A stretch of 64,000 nt of DNA, taken from assembly GCA_013265495.1 (NCBI GenBank), contig MU058714.1, positions 1,798,001 to 1,862,000 of the forward strand, read 5' to 3'. Positions 1 through 12,200 of this stretch are shown here, one piece after another; position 1 is the first letter of the stretch, and each line of letters starts with the position of its first letter. This DNA is from Vicugna vicugna. Taxonomy: Eukaryota. Position numbers and translations under genes: made by a program. Below the pieces are notes generated by a model. That model did not search any database, was not told the DNA's origin, and saw only the letters and a list, made by a program, of their open reading frames with translations.

Positions 1-266
1 GAGGGCTGGTCCGCGGGCCAGATGTGGCTCACCTGGCCCGAGCTCTGCCTGCCAAGCCCTCACATGGGGTGGGGTGGGGGGACCGATGCGGGCCAGCTGA
101 CAAACACGTGGGTGTAGATTAGGGTGCAGGGGCTGGACCCACGCCTTCAGGGGACCCTGCGGTACCCATGACCCAGTGCCCGGCTGGAGGCAGGTGGCGT
201 GTGGTGGGCTTGGCAGGCGGAGGGCGCTTAGGGAGGGGTCAGCAGGATGTCCTTCCCTCCCAACAG

Positions 267-3200
267 GTGACTGGCAGGGCTGCCCTGCAGAGCACAACAC
301 TGCAGTCGCTGGGCCTCACCGGGGGCAGTGCCATCATCAGGTGGGGGCATCTGAGTCTGGTTTGGTAAAGAGAGCTGGGGTCTCTGAGGACAGGGAATAG
401 CAAACATGGGAACGCCCAGCTGCCCTGCCCAGTGGCTTCTCCCACCAGCAGCCTGGGAGGCTGGGCGCCGTGGGGCGTGGTGTGTCCGGTCAGGGGTCTG
501 CTGGCTGCAGGGTGGACAGGGCTGCATGGGGGCCCGTATGTGCTCCTGTCCCCAGGAGCGGTGGACGGGATGGGGCCGTGGGGAGTCGAGCATCCACGGG
601 ACTGGATTTGGTGTGGCCGTCACCAGAGGGCACAACGCTGGAGTCCGGGGGCAGGGGCTGAGTGTGGAGTTTCTCTTGCTCTCTGGGCCTCCCCCTGCAG
701 GTTTGCCATGAAGCGATGTGACTCTGTTGGCAAGCAGGAGCCTGGGCCCTCCTGGAGCAAAAGCCCGGGAAGCCTGATGCCATCCACGGAGGCCGAGCAG
801 GCCGCCAGCGGCCCTCGGCTTCCTTTGAACTCAGCCGGCCTCAGCCAGGGCGATGTGAGCCATCAGGACGAGACAGCCAGCCTGGGGGCCGGCCTCACAG
901 ACGCTCAGACAGAGCAGATCCTGAAGGAGCCCTCACCTGCCCCTTTTGTTCCTTTCTCGGGTGGAGGACAGCGGCTGGGGGGCCCCTCCGGGTCCGCAAG
1001 GCCTCTCATGTCATCTTCAGCCAAATTGCCAAAGTCCTTCTCCAGCCCTGCGGGCCCCTCCAAGCCGAAGAAGTCAAGGCCTGGCCAGGAGCCCCAGCCG
1101 GAGCCGGAGCCGGAGCCGGTAAGGGCGTGCTGGGCGCCGGGGTCCTTTGTCTGTGGCCTGACCTCCGGCCGGTCAGCCTGGGGTACAGCAGGGTTGCCGG
1201 GCACGTTGTCATCGTCTCTGGGGAGTGCTCTTGGGGTTTTGTTCGGTCTGAGATCAGCTTCGTTGAGTCATCATTTTAGAAATGCAGGTGGGTAGGTTGT
1301 GGCAAACCTGTGTGTCCCCATAGCCACGTCACAGCCGGAGAACCTGCCTCCTGGCACTGCCACTTTCTGCCTGGGCTGCTGGCTTTGGCTGGCTTTTGAC
1401 GTGAAGGAGGTTTGGCTTTGACTGTCCCACACCACGCTTACCCCTGAGCCGGGCATCCCCCCAGCTCCCCCGCTGTCTGCGCCACCAGCCCGTGGGCGTG
1501 TGGGGCGCTCCCTGAACAGGCGGGAGAGGGCGAGTTTGCTCCCCCTTCACAGGCGTTGTGGGTGGGGCCTTGGGCGTCTCCGGCAGGGACTGGGGCGTGG
1601 AAGCGCCTGGCCACCCTGAGCCGCAGCTGGGAGGAGGGCTGCAGCTCTCCCTGAGCTGGGATGAACTGGCCTGGGCCCTGGGCTGCCACTTTGACATCTT
1701 CTCTGTGTGGTTAGCTCTGTTGAGGTATAACTTACTGTGTAGACACCACCACCAGTTTTGCAGTGTTGGGCAGGTTTTGCCAGCAGCATGTTGTCTTCGA
1801 TGCTGAGTCTGTCCTTGAGTCCCTCGGGCTCCAGCCGTCCCTGTCCCACCCCCTCCCCCATAGTGATGCCCACCCCTGTCCACTGCTCTGACCGCAACAG
1901 ACATGAGCGATGGAAGGCGTCCTGCAATTTGGGTCACATTGAACAGGCAGTGACGGGTCAGGGAGTGGCCCCTCGAGCAAGGCCCCCCCCCCAGGTGGGC
2001 GACACTTCTGCAGGTGGCTCTTGGCATCGCACCAGTGTCTTCCACCCCTCCATCTGATGGTGCCGGTCTGGTGGGTCAGGCTGCCCTGGCCCGTTGCAGC
2101 CCTGTCGGAGCATCTAAGCTAGGGGACAGGCCTGAGCCCCTGTGGGGTGTTTTCCAGCTGGATGCTGGTGCAGGACCTTCTTCAGTAGGGCTGTCACAAG
2201 TCATACGACTGAGCTTCCACTGCCTTCTGGGGTCCCTCCATGTGACTGCTCACTGCACAGTGCTCACAGACCCTGCTGCCAGTAGAGGCATGTGGATTCC
2301 CCAGCACTGGGCTGCCCACCTCCTGGGCTTGGCCCCTGAGGAGGCTCCGGGGGCTGGAAGGCTGTGGGCTTGTTGCTTCACTGGTTCCAGCAGTGCTTGG
2401 CTTCACTTGGAGTCTCTGCAAGTCATGTCAGTTTTGTTTTTTGTCTTGATGCTCTTCCTTCTCTCAAGTGTTTTCTTGTCATGTCGCAGTGGCTGGGCCT
2501 CTGGTGTCTGTTGACTGGCAGCCAGTTCAGTGGGCGTCCCTGCTTGACCTTGACCATGACGTTGGAGGCAGTAGTTTACCTGAAGGATGATGTGTGCTGT
2601 GGAAAAGCCTTTATCAAGTCAGGAGTTCCTATTCCCACCGTCCTGAGAATTTTTCTTTATCGTAAGCGGGCTATAAAGCTTTATGAGCTGTTTTTCCCAC
2701 GTCGAGATGACCCCATGTCTTCTTCCTCCTTCAGTTTGTTTGTGTGGTGAGGTCCTGGGTCGGTTTCCCCCATAAAGCCGTCCTTGCCTTCCAGGTATCC
2801 GTCCCGTTTCAGTGATGGTGTTAGCAACACTGCTGGTTGTGGTTAACTAACGTTTTAGTTCTGGAGCTCGCCGCCTGCATCCTGTCTCCTCTGGGGCCTC
2901 CTCCTCACTCTTGCCTCCAGGTCACACCCCTGGGGATGGGGGAGGGTTGGGCACCTGTGCCTGCAGGGCCTAGTTGGGGGGGGGCTTGGCCGTGGGACAG
3001 AGCCTGGATCCCTGCCAAGGGGCAGGCGCCGGGACCACTCCTGTTCCCTGAGCCCCCCTTTGTGTGTTCTTGCTGAATGGACAGGGGAGGGGTGGGGGAC
3101 CCGGGCAGTCCCCCTGACAGGTGTGCATCCTGGGGAGGTGGCAATGGTAGTGCTCTGGCCCTCTGGGGACCCAGTAGCTTCTATGCTGGTGTATGGACCC

Positions 3201-6200
3201 CATTAGAAACAGCATGAAGTCCCCTGTCTCACAGCCTGGACCCTGAGATCAGCCATCAGAAGCGAACACTTGTGGTTGGGGCCTGACTCCCACCGGACCT
3301 GCTCTCTCTGGAGGCCCCAGGGTTTGGGGGCCAGAAATCTGGTGCCAGGGCTAGCTGTCACTTTCTCCCACCCTGAAGGCTGCAGGTCTCTGTGTCTCTT
3401 GGGAACCTGCTGGTGTCTGGGGGGCTGGTGCTGGCCCGGGATGTGGTTGCTGTCCAGGGGCAGTGTCCCAGTGCCTCCCCGAGCACTGACCCCAGGGGCT
3501 CCAAGAAGGAGGGGTCCCGGGGACAGTCCGCCTGGCTGCCAGCAGTGCGTGTCTTTGATCTGGGAGCCCCAGCAGCTGGTTGATTGTGGAGCGTCCCCCG
3601 CCCGCCTGCCTCACGCCTCCTGTCACTGACAGCCGCACACCCGGGGGCCCGGCCAGCCACATGGTGTCTGCTTTGTGTCCCCTTAAGTCCTGGGGGAGGG
3701 GAGAAGGGAACAAAACAGAACTTTTGGGGGAACTTCAAAGGTACACTTTAGTAATCAAAAAGGGTTTCCAAGTTCCCCATTAATGTTTTGCCTGTGTGTG
3801 GTTTTGGATTTGAATAGAGAGTCAGAAGAGACAGGATAAAATGCAGGCAGGTCCTCGGCTGAGGCCCGGGATGGTTTACAGACCCGGGCGGCTACCGCCT
3901 TTGATCTCAGAACGTTAATTATTAGAAGGTAGTTTTACTGGCCGTCAGAGCCGGGTGCGGGGAGAGGCTGGGCTGCCCAGCGGCCCCTGGCCTGTCCTTT
4001 GAAGTCCTCCCGCTGGCCCCGGAGGCCGCCCCGCAGCCCTTTGTGCTGCCGGTGTGATCCCAGCAGGCGTCCCCCCACGCAGCTGGCACAGGGGTCTGTG
4101 ATCAAAGGCCCCGACCCCCTGGGCAAGGCGGGCGCTGACAGCGGTCCCCCCCCTCACCTTCCAGGGGGTGGTCTCGTCTGCTGGAGACGCGGCCCCAGGG
4201 TCTCGCCCGGCACTTTGCACCCTGCCTCAGGCAGGTGTCAGCCTTGCCTCCTGCTCCCTGCTTTACTTACAGGCAGGTTTAGAACACGGGGCTGGGAGGA
4301 GCCTGGCCAGAGCCTGGGGTGCCTGTCTGTGACGTGCCCCTCAAGGGCACCCCCGCTGCCCCCCATGTGTGGCCCCAGGTCACAGTGCGGGCCTGGCCCT
4401 GCCCTGTGGGTGGATGCCCCCTGGGTGCCGGTGGCGGCCCAGGGGCCCAACTGTCCTGAGAAGAACAGTGTTGGCTTTGATTGGAATGCCCGCCGAGGTT
4501 TGCTGGCAGACGGGTCCTTGGCTTTGAAGGTCCCGGCCAAGTCTTGAGGCAGTTTTTGAAGCCCGGTGACAGGCAGGCTCCCCTCCAGCTGTCTCTGTCC
4601 TGCCGGGTCTCAGTCACGATGACTCGGGGAGAGATGGGTGTCGAGCCTGCGAGCCACAGTGGACGGTGGGTGCGTGGGCACCCGGGCCCCCCTGGTTTGC
4701 ATTACCCGGTCCAGATCAGCGCACAGAGCTCCCTGTTGGGATTGCTCCTGGCCCTTTGGTCCACTGTGTGCGTCCACCCCCTGCGGCTCACGGACCTGAG
4801 TGCCCAGTTTCCCTGGGCTCCCTGGGGGCAGCTGCCAGGTGTGCGGGTGAGGAGAGCCTCCCCCATCGTGCCCCGCGTCTGCTCCTTCAGTCCTTTGGGG
4901 GTTTGTGGACCTTGTGCCCGGACACGTGCACCCGGCCACACCAGGCGCCTGGGAGCAGCCCCGCTTCAGACGGTACCCGCGTGCCACCCTGGCCCAGCCT
5001 TTCCAGCTCCGGAAAGCTCTCCCCTCGTTTCTTCTGCTCGAGGAGGGGCGGGCCCGGGGGTGGACGCCAGCCCAGGGCGGGCGGGCCAGGCGCTCGGGTT
5101 CAGGGTGCAGGGCTGTCCGGTCAGTCAGCCTCGTGCTGGCTCGGTGCTCCTTCCAGAGGGCGGCTGGCTCTGGGAGTGACAGAGGTTTGGCCCGCGTCCC
5201 TGGAGTAGTGATTCATTTAAGCTCCAAGCCTCAAGGGAAAAGGCTTCATGTTCCCTGTTACCAAAAACCATTGTCAGAGGAGAGTCTGGGCTGAGAGGGA
5301 GGCCTGTGGGCCGGCGGGAGGAAGACAAGCGCCCTCACGAGGAAGCTGGAAGATCTGGGGTTGAGGTCACCTCCACATATTTTTCACATTTTTTCTCCGT
5401 GTGTCATCATGTCCTGGAAAATTACCGTCAAGAAGATGAAACCGCAGCAGCAGGGAGGCCGCTTCTGACATGAGGGGACCCCGTGTGCCCAAGCGGGTCG
5501 CCGCTGGAGCACGTCCTCTGGCTGTCCCCTCCGGGCCTGGCCCTGCCCATGCCTGGGGCCACACTGACCTCCGTAGGGCAGAGGGCAGGCAGTGCGTCAC
5601 ACCTCCCTCCCCGGGGTCTCCCTTGAAGGGTCTTCCTGGTGCGGCGGGGCTCCTCTGAGGCATCAGTCACCAGGTCCCCACATCTCAGCGGCCCTGGGCC
5701 TCTGGACACCCCCCCGCAGAGGGTGCCCCTGTCCCTCCCAAGCGCCCTCTGGGCCCCTCGCGGGTGTCAGCCCAGCAGTCTGACCCATCCCACTCTGTCT
5801 GGTTTTCTGGGTATCCTCTTCTCCGTAAGACCCTCGCGGGAAGCTGGCACCTGGGAATCTTTGCCAGGGTTGTGTGCTTGCGGGAAAGAGAGCCCCTGCC
5901 AGGCTTTTCGCCAGAGGGGTCCGGTCCCTTGTGGCCCCCCCTCGGAGCCTGCAGACCAGCCCCTCCTCCCTGCAGGATGGCGTCCAGGCCTGTTCCCCCT
6001 CGTTGGACACGGTCACTTAGATGCCACTCCGTGGGCTGAGACCCTGGCTCCGGCTGCATCCTCACTATTCTGCCCCTTCTCTCGCGGATAGCAGCATCTG
6101 GGCCACTGAGGGAGGGACGACTCCTCTGACTTTGCTGGGGTAAAGGATTGGGCAGGAAGACACAGCTGGAGCTGTGTCTCTGGAATAGACAGCGCTCAGG

Positions 6201-9200
6201 AGCCCAGCCTTGAGCCAGTGAGGAGGGAAACCCATGCGTTTGCTGGAATGTCCCAGGCCTGGTGATGTCGAGTTCTTGGTGGGGGTGCGTCCTCCACGTG
6301 GCTCCCTGGACACCTCTGGAAGAGCAGACCTGGAGATGCGGGCTATGAAGGCCAGCCGCTCCGCAAGCATCCCTGGGCACCAGCTGGGACATTCCTCTTG
6401 GAGCCCCGTCCTGGGTCCCGGGACTGGCCGCGGCCAGCGCACAGGAGCCCGCGCCCCGTGGTGAGGGTGGTGGTGGTGAGAGAACAGACGTGAATGACTG
6501 TTGCCGCCACATGGGTGTTTCTTTCTTAGTGACGTGTCATCCTAGACGTCTGTTCTCCGTTGACAAGCATCTCTGTAAACCCACCTAGGATGGGAGCCAT
6601 GCGTGATAACTGCCCGCGACCGGGGGAAGCGGGTGAGGCAATAGCGAATGGGGGCCAGGTGGCTGGCCAGGCGTCGGAAGTGAGCGGGGCCTGGGCTCAG
6701 CCTCCCCCGGCACAGCGTCTGCCCCACTCGCCCCACGCGGAGCTGCAGGCCCACCCCTCTTCTCTCTGCAGGGAAACGTCTCTGTTACGCAGGCCACGTG
6801 GAGGCGTGTAAAGCCCCGTGGCTTCTCCCTTTGACAGCTGGGTGACCGTCCTACCTGCCCAGCCACAGATGGCCATCTGTTCTTGTGGGACAGGGTCTGC
6901 CCAGGGCTGGACATGGTGGCAGCTCTAGGACTTGGGTGGTCTGGGCCCTGGTGGGCAGCAGAGGCTGCTTGGAACCCCGGCTTCTCTGCCCAGAAGCGGG
7001 GAGGCCCCTGGGGTGCAGAGCGGTGCAGGTGAGTGTGTGAGACTGCTTCTCAAGGCAGCCCCTTCAGCTCCGGGCTCCTCTGGAGCAGAGCAGCGGCCTG
7101 GAGGAGGGGTGGGATCGAGGTTGGAGCCAACACAGAGAGAGATTTTTGTCAGTTTATTTTCTGATGGGAAGTCAGTGGTCCCTGAGCAGCTTGAAGCTAA
7201 CGGCTGTTGTCACCTGCATCCCTGTGCTGGAAGGGGCCTCGGGGAGCGGGCCGTGGGCTGGGGGTTGTGGGCAGTGCTAGCGGCCTGCAGTCCCCACGGT
7301 CACCACGGGCTGTGCACTGGCAGCACCGGGACGGCGCGGAGGCCGGAGTGGCCTTCTCCTCTCAGGGACAGGCTTCACTGGCCGTGTCCGGATGGTCAGT
7401 CTCAGCTCCGTGCCCTGGAGCGCATGTCACCTGAGTGCTGGGTTCTCCAGGGGGCTTGTGTGTCCGGGACTGCCAGGGTGGGATGGGGACAGGGCGGCCC
7501 CAGAGCCCGCGCCTTGGCCTGTGGGCTTTGTGCCCCAGGGCCCGGGGCCTGGCACTCGTGGGCATGGCAGTGCCCTGCTCGGCACACCCGCGTCCGCCCT
7601 CGTCCTCCCCGAGGAGCCCAAGCGAGCACTCAGCCCCTCTGGAATGCAGGCGCCGTGGCTGTGGGGGGCAGCCTGGCGCCTGGCATCTTGTTATAAAAAG
7701 CTCTGGTGTGGACTGCCTGCGGGCTGCAGGAGGATTGTGGCTCTGAGGGGGCAGCCCCCAAGGGCCTCTGTCAGCCACCTTCGGGCCCCGCTGCGCGGGC
7801 CTCAGCCACCCCTTCCTGGCCACCCTGCCCCAGTGCCCTGAGATCAGAGGGGTGTCCTGGCGAGCGCCCGCCTCCCTCCATCGTGAGGTGTGGCGCAGCT
7901 GGTGGTCTGGATGGTGTGGCTGGGGGAGTGGCCCCGGGGACACCTGGCAGGTGCACTGGGGGAGTGAGCTCCTGACTGCCGGGCAGCTTTTGCCCTCGAC
8001 CAGCATGGGAGCCCTTTAGAACAGGTGGGGCTGCGGCCAGGCTGAGGAAAGGATGGTCAGAGAAGCCTGCTGAGCCGTCCCTGGGTGTCGAGAGGCGGGA
8101 GGCGGGATTTTCTTGCCGAGGCCGGGACGGGGCAGTGAGCAGAAGGCACCATGGCCTCACCCCAGAAGGCTCATGGACATTTTGTTGAGGGAGGACTGCC
8201 AGCCCTGCTGGACGCCTTGATCAGGCCTGGTCTCCCCGTGGTCGCGCGGGAGACACTCGCTGCAATTAGCCCCCCAGAGGCCCTGCAGGCCTGGCAAGCC
8301 TGCCTTGTAATTTCCATCCCCATTGCTGCCAATTAGGAGGGACGCCGTCCCTTCCTGTGTCCCCAGGGTGGTCAGAGGGTGGGGCCAGCCTGCTCCCCCA
8401 GGGAGGGGGTGGGTCAGCCTCGCCATGGGGCCAGCGGCTAGCAGGGTTCTGCCAAACCTCTAATTTGGGGACTGTTGCTTCCCCGCCCCTCCCATGGAGC
8501 CCCTGACGTGGCCTTGACCAGCGTGCTGCTCCCCAAGTTTGTCCCCTGCTTTGGGGGACCCTGATAGCGGGCAGCCCCCGGGGGCTCATGGGGGCCTCCC
8601 TCAGAGACAGGAAGTGAGCAGAGGTGCTGCCAAGGGAGGCTGGCCCTGCTGAGCTGCCGCCCACCCACTGCCCAATACCCCAGCCATGAGGGTGTCACGA
8701 GGTACCTGCTGGCCCAGTCTAGCCGAGACCCCAGGACCACATGCCTTGCTGGTGGGTGAGGGTCTCAGCATTGGTGTGGCTGAGCGGGCAGGCTCGGTGA
8801 TCCCACATCCCACCCTGGAGACCTGGCCCTGGCCCTGGGCCCATAGATGGGGCCAGCCGTGGCCTGGGCTCAGCCTGGGTCTGCATCAGCACCCCAGTCT
8901 CGTGGAGTAAGGGCCTGGGCCCGTCCTGGGCACCTGTGTCAGCCGAGCCCTCCGTCTGCCCAGCCAGTGGACCGAGACCCCGTGGTGTGCCACCCCGACC
9001 TGGAAGTGCTGCTCCAGGCCTGGCCCTCAGAGCTGCCTGACGAGTTCTTCGAGGTGACCGTGGACGACGTCAGGAGACGCTTGGCCCAGCTCAAGAGCGA
9101 GCGGTGGGTGCGCCTTGGCCCCCTCTGGAGGCTCCCTGCTGCCCAAGTCTGGGTCCCCAACACCCATGCCCTGGCAGCTCTGTGGAGGGGCGGAGCCCGG

Positions 9201-12200
9201 GCAGGGGCTCCCATCCGGCCTTGCGTGCTGGAACAGCTCTCGAAGTCCAGCTGGTGTGGGGCCTCCGCTGTGCCCGCACAGGCCTGGGCCTTCACCCCGC
9301 CCCTCCCCTCAGGAAGCGCCTGGAAGAAGCCCCCTTGGTGACCAGGGCCTTCCGGGAGGCCCAGATGAAGGAGAAGCTGCAGCGCTACCCCAAGGTACGC
9401 GGGGGGCGGGTCTGCATGTGGCTCTGCTCCCGCTGCCCGAGCGCTTCTGGCCGCGGTCCCCTGCCTCAGCCGAGGACTGCACGCTCACGGTTCCTGAAGA
9501 ACAGTCAGCCCCACCTTAAGTTGAAAAACATGGGTTCTTGGCTTGTCTTCATGTGCAGCTCGTGGCCGGGGCGTCGGGGCAGCCGAGCTGAGGGGGCGGC
9601 TGGCCCAGTGTGCGTTGGGAGGCCCCTCGTGGTGGGCCCACCTGTGCAGCCGGGCTCTGGCTGGCCTGCTGACAAGCCACCTGTCCCGGCCCAGGTGGTC
9701 CTGAGGGTCCTGTTTCCTGACCGCCACATTCTGCAGGGCTGCTTCCGCCCCAGTGAGACCGGTGAGCGCCCGGGAGGGTGGGGACCCTGTGAGCCCCTCC
9801 CGGCTCCTTCCTTCTGGGCTGTGGGACTGTGGCTGCTCGGCCGTCGGGCTCCGGGGCTGGCTGCTTTCAGGTCCCTGTTGTCTCTGTGGGGTAGCCAGCA
9901 GGCACAGGCCGGCTGGGCGGCGACCGTGGGCCTGTGCCTCCGTGAACCCGCCTGCCTGGGGCGTGGGTGGGGGCCCAGAGAGGGTGGGCCCACGGCTCCC
10001 CACACCCAGCAGTGGTTTCTTGGCCTGGCGCGGCAGCGATGCCACCGTTCTGAGCGGGGTACCTGGTGACCTGGACCCAAGGCTGCAGGGGCGGCAGGCA
10101 GGCCCTCGAGGTCCCTGGGGGGGCCTTCCTGGGGCAGAGCTCAGGCTCTGGTGGTGGGCAGGGCGAGAGGCAAAGGGAGGGATGTCCCGCTGGCCTGGCT
10201 GCTGGGGGCGCCGGGCGGGAACATGCTTGGATTCAGCCTGAGGGGGCATTAGGTTCTATACCTCCAGGGTCAGACTGCTGGGCCTGTAGGGGGTGGGGGT
10301 CTGCACAGAGGGGCCTGGCCCTGGAGCTGGCCTGAATTTGGGGTCCCCACTCACTCCGTGCTTCCTCCTTCAGTGGGGGACTTGCGGGACTTCGTGAGGA
10401 GCCACCTGGGTGACCCCGAGCTGCCGTTCCACCTGTGTGAGCGTGTCTCTGGGCCCTCCTGCTCAGCAGCCCCCGCCCCTCCCAGCCCAGGCTCGAAGCA
10501 GCCTTTCCCAAGAAGCGGCGTCACCGGGCACACGGGTCCCATGCTGGGGACCCAGGGTCGGGGAGGGAGGTTGGCCTCTCTGCCCCCTGCGTCCTGCGCA
10601 GACCCTCTCTCCCACTCTCCCGCGGTGGGTGTCTGGGTGGTGAGGGGTCACGCCACAGGACTGCACGGGGAACAGTGCGAGCAGGGGTCCCCCGCAGGTG
10701 GGTCTGCCCCAGGCCCTCTCCCTAGCCTGTCGCTGGGTTTTTGCTGCCGCAGACAGTTGGACAGGGTGCTGTGGGCTGATGGGGCTCTTCAGAAACCCCT
10801 CCCCTGAGGCCATGGGTCCCAGGCCTCCTCACTCTCAGATCTGTCTTCCTTGGGGGCGGGGGGCTTCCTGACACAGACAACTGTCCACCTGTCTGTCCGT
10901 AGTCATTGCTCCTCCGAAAACCATCCTGGACGACCACATGCTGACCTTGTTTCAGGTACTGGCCGCCTGCTGGGCTGGGGGCGCTGCTGGGGCTGATGCT
11001 TGAGGGGCAGCCCCCCAGGAGTGGGAGAAGGCTCTTTAGAGGGGGCACTGCAGGGAGCAGGGCACCTCTCAAGTCGGTTTTGGGGTGGTTTGGGGGCTTT
11101 CCAGCCTTCTCTGCTATTCCTGTCCCGGCAAGGATGGGCCTGCCTGGCTGGCTGCCGGCACCCGCAGCCAGGACTGCCTCTGGGGTCTGGGTGAGAAGGG
11201 ACTGGCACATGGGGCGGCCAGGGGAGCTCCTGAAGGGTCAAGGGTCAGAGGCCTCACTGCAGGTTGCCGGCTGCCCAGGAGGGCCCTGGTATGCCAGCTG
11301 CTGGGCAGGTTTGGCTCCAGGCTGGAGGGGACGCTACCAGGCCTGCTGCCCTGCCCCGCCTTTCCTCCCGGACCCGCAGCCTCTGTGGGGAATGCCAAGC
11401 CGGCCCTCCCCACTGGCTGGAGGCCCCGAGTGCTCCGGGGTGCGGAGCGTTGATCCGGTGCCCTGCTGGGCTGCTGTCCAGAGCTGAAGGAATGTGCTGT
11501 CCCTTCACCCCGGGAGAGCAGCCGGGGCCTCCCCAGCCCTCTGGCCTAATGGTTTCCTCTTCAGAGTCTCTTCAGATATTTTAATTAGTAACAGAGGCCG
11601 GTCTTTGTTAAGTGACCAGTGGCCCTGCAGAGGTTGAGTTGGGGCGAGGGGGTCTGCTTCCCCAGGGCAGCCACCATAATGGGGGGGTGGGGCCAGACCA
11701 GCAGAGAGGCTGGAAGCCCACCAAGGAAAGGAGTCTAGGTCGGCGGGGGCAAGGTGCCCCCCCCGTTCCCCGTCCCAGCCCCCTTCTGCAGTGCCCAGGA
11801 GCCCCAGAGGCACTGGGCCTCTTTCCTCTGTCCCCACCCGCCTGCCTCACTCTCCCTCGCTGGCCAGCCTGTTGATAAACATTGAATTTGGAAGATGCTT
11901 TGGGATGGAGGGGACCAGTGTTCAGGCCCCGCTCCGATTAGGAACCCTGGGGTGCTGCCTGTCCCGCCCACTCGGCCTGATTCCTGGTGACACTCTGCCC
12001 CCTGCTACCAGCAGCCGTCTCCTTTCATCCGTCAGCTCGCTCTGGAGCCGGGGGCCCTCTGCGCAGGGTGGTGTCCCTGCCTGCCTGTGATCAGAGAGCT
12101 GGCAGGGCCCAGGGAAGGAAGCCTTCCTCCCTCCCGCGGGTGAGCAGGCGCGGCGCGGAAGCCGCCTGCTTTCATGTCCCTGGCAGGGCTGCTCTCTGGC

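Noticed and set aside
7690-7700. TATAAAAAG in the ASPSCR1 intron
   Set aside because: Isolated motif with no downstream exon or ORF evidence.
11560-11900. TAAT, CTTTGTT, GATAA and TAAACA motifs in an ASPSCR1 intron
   Set aside because: Too few and too mixed to distinguish from chance without conservation data.
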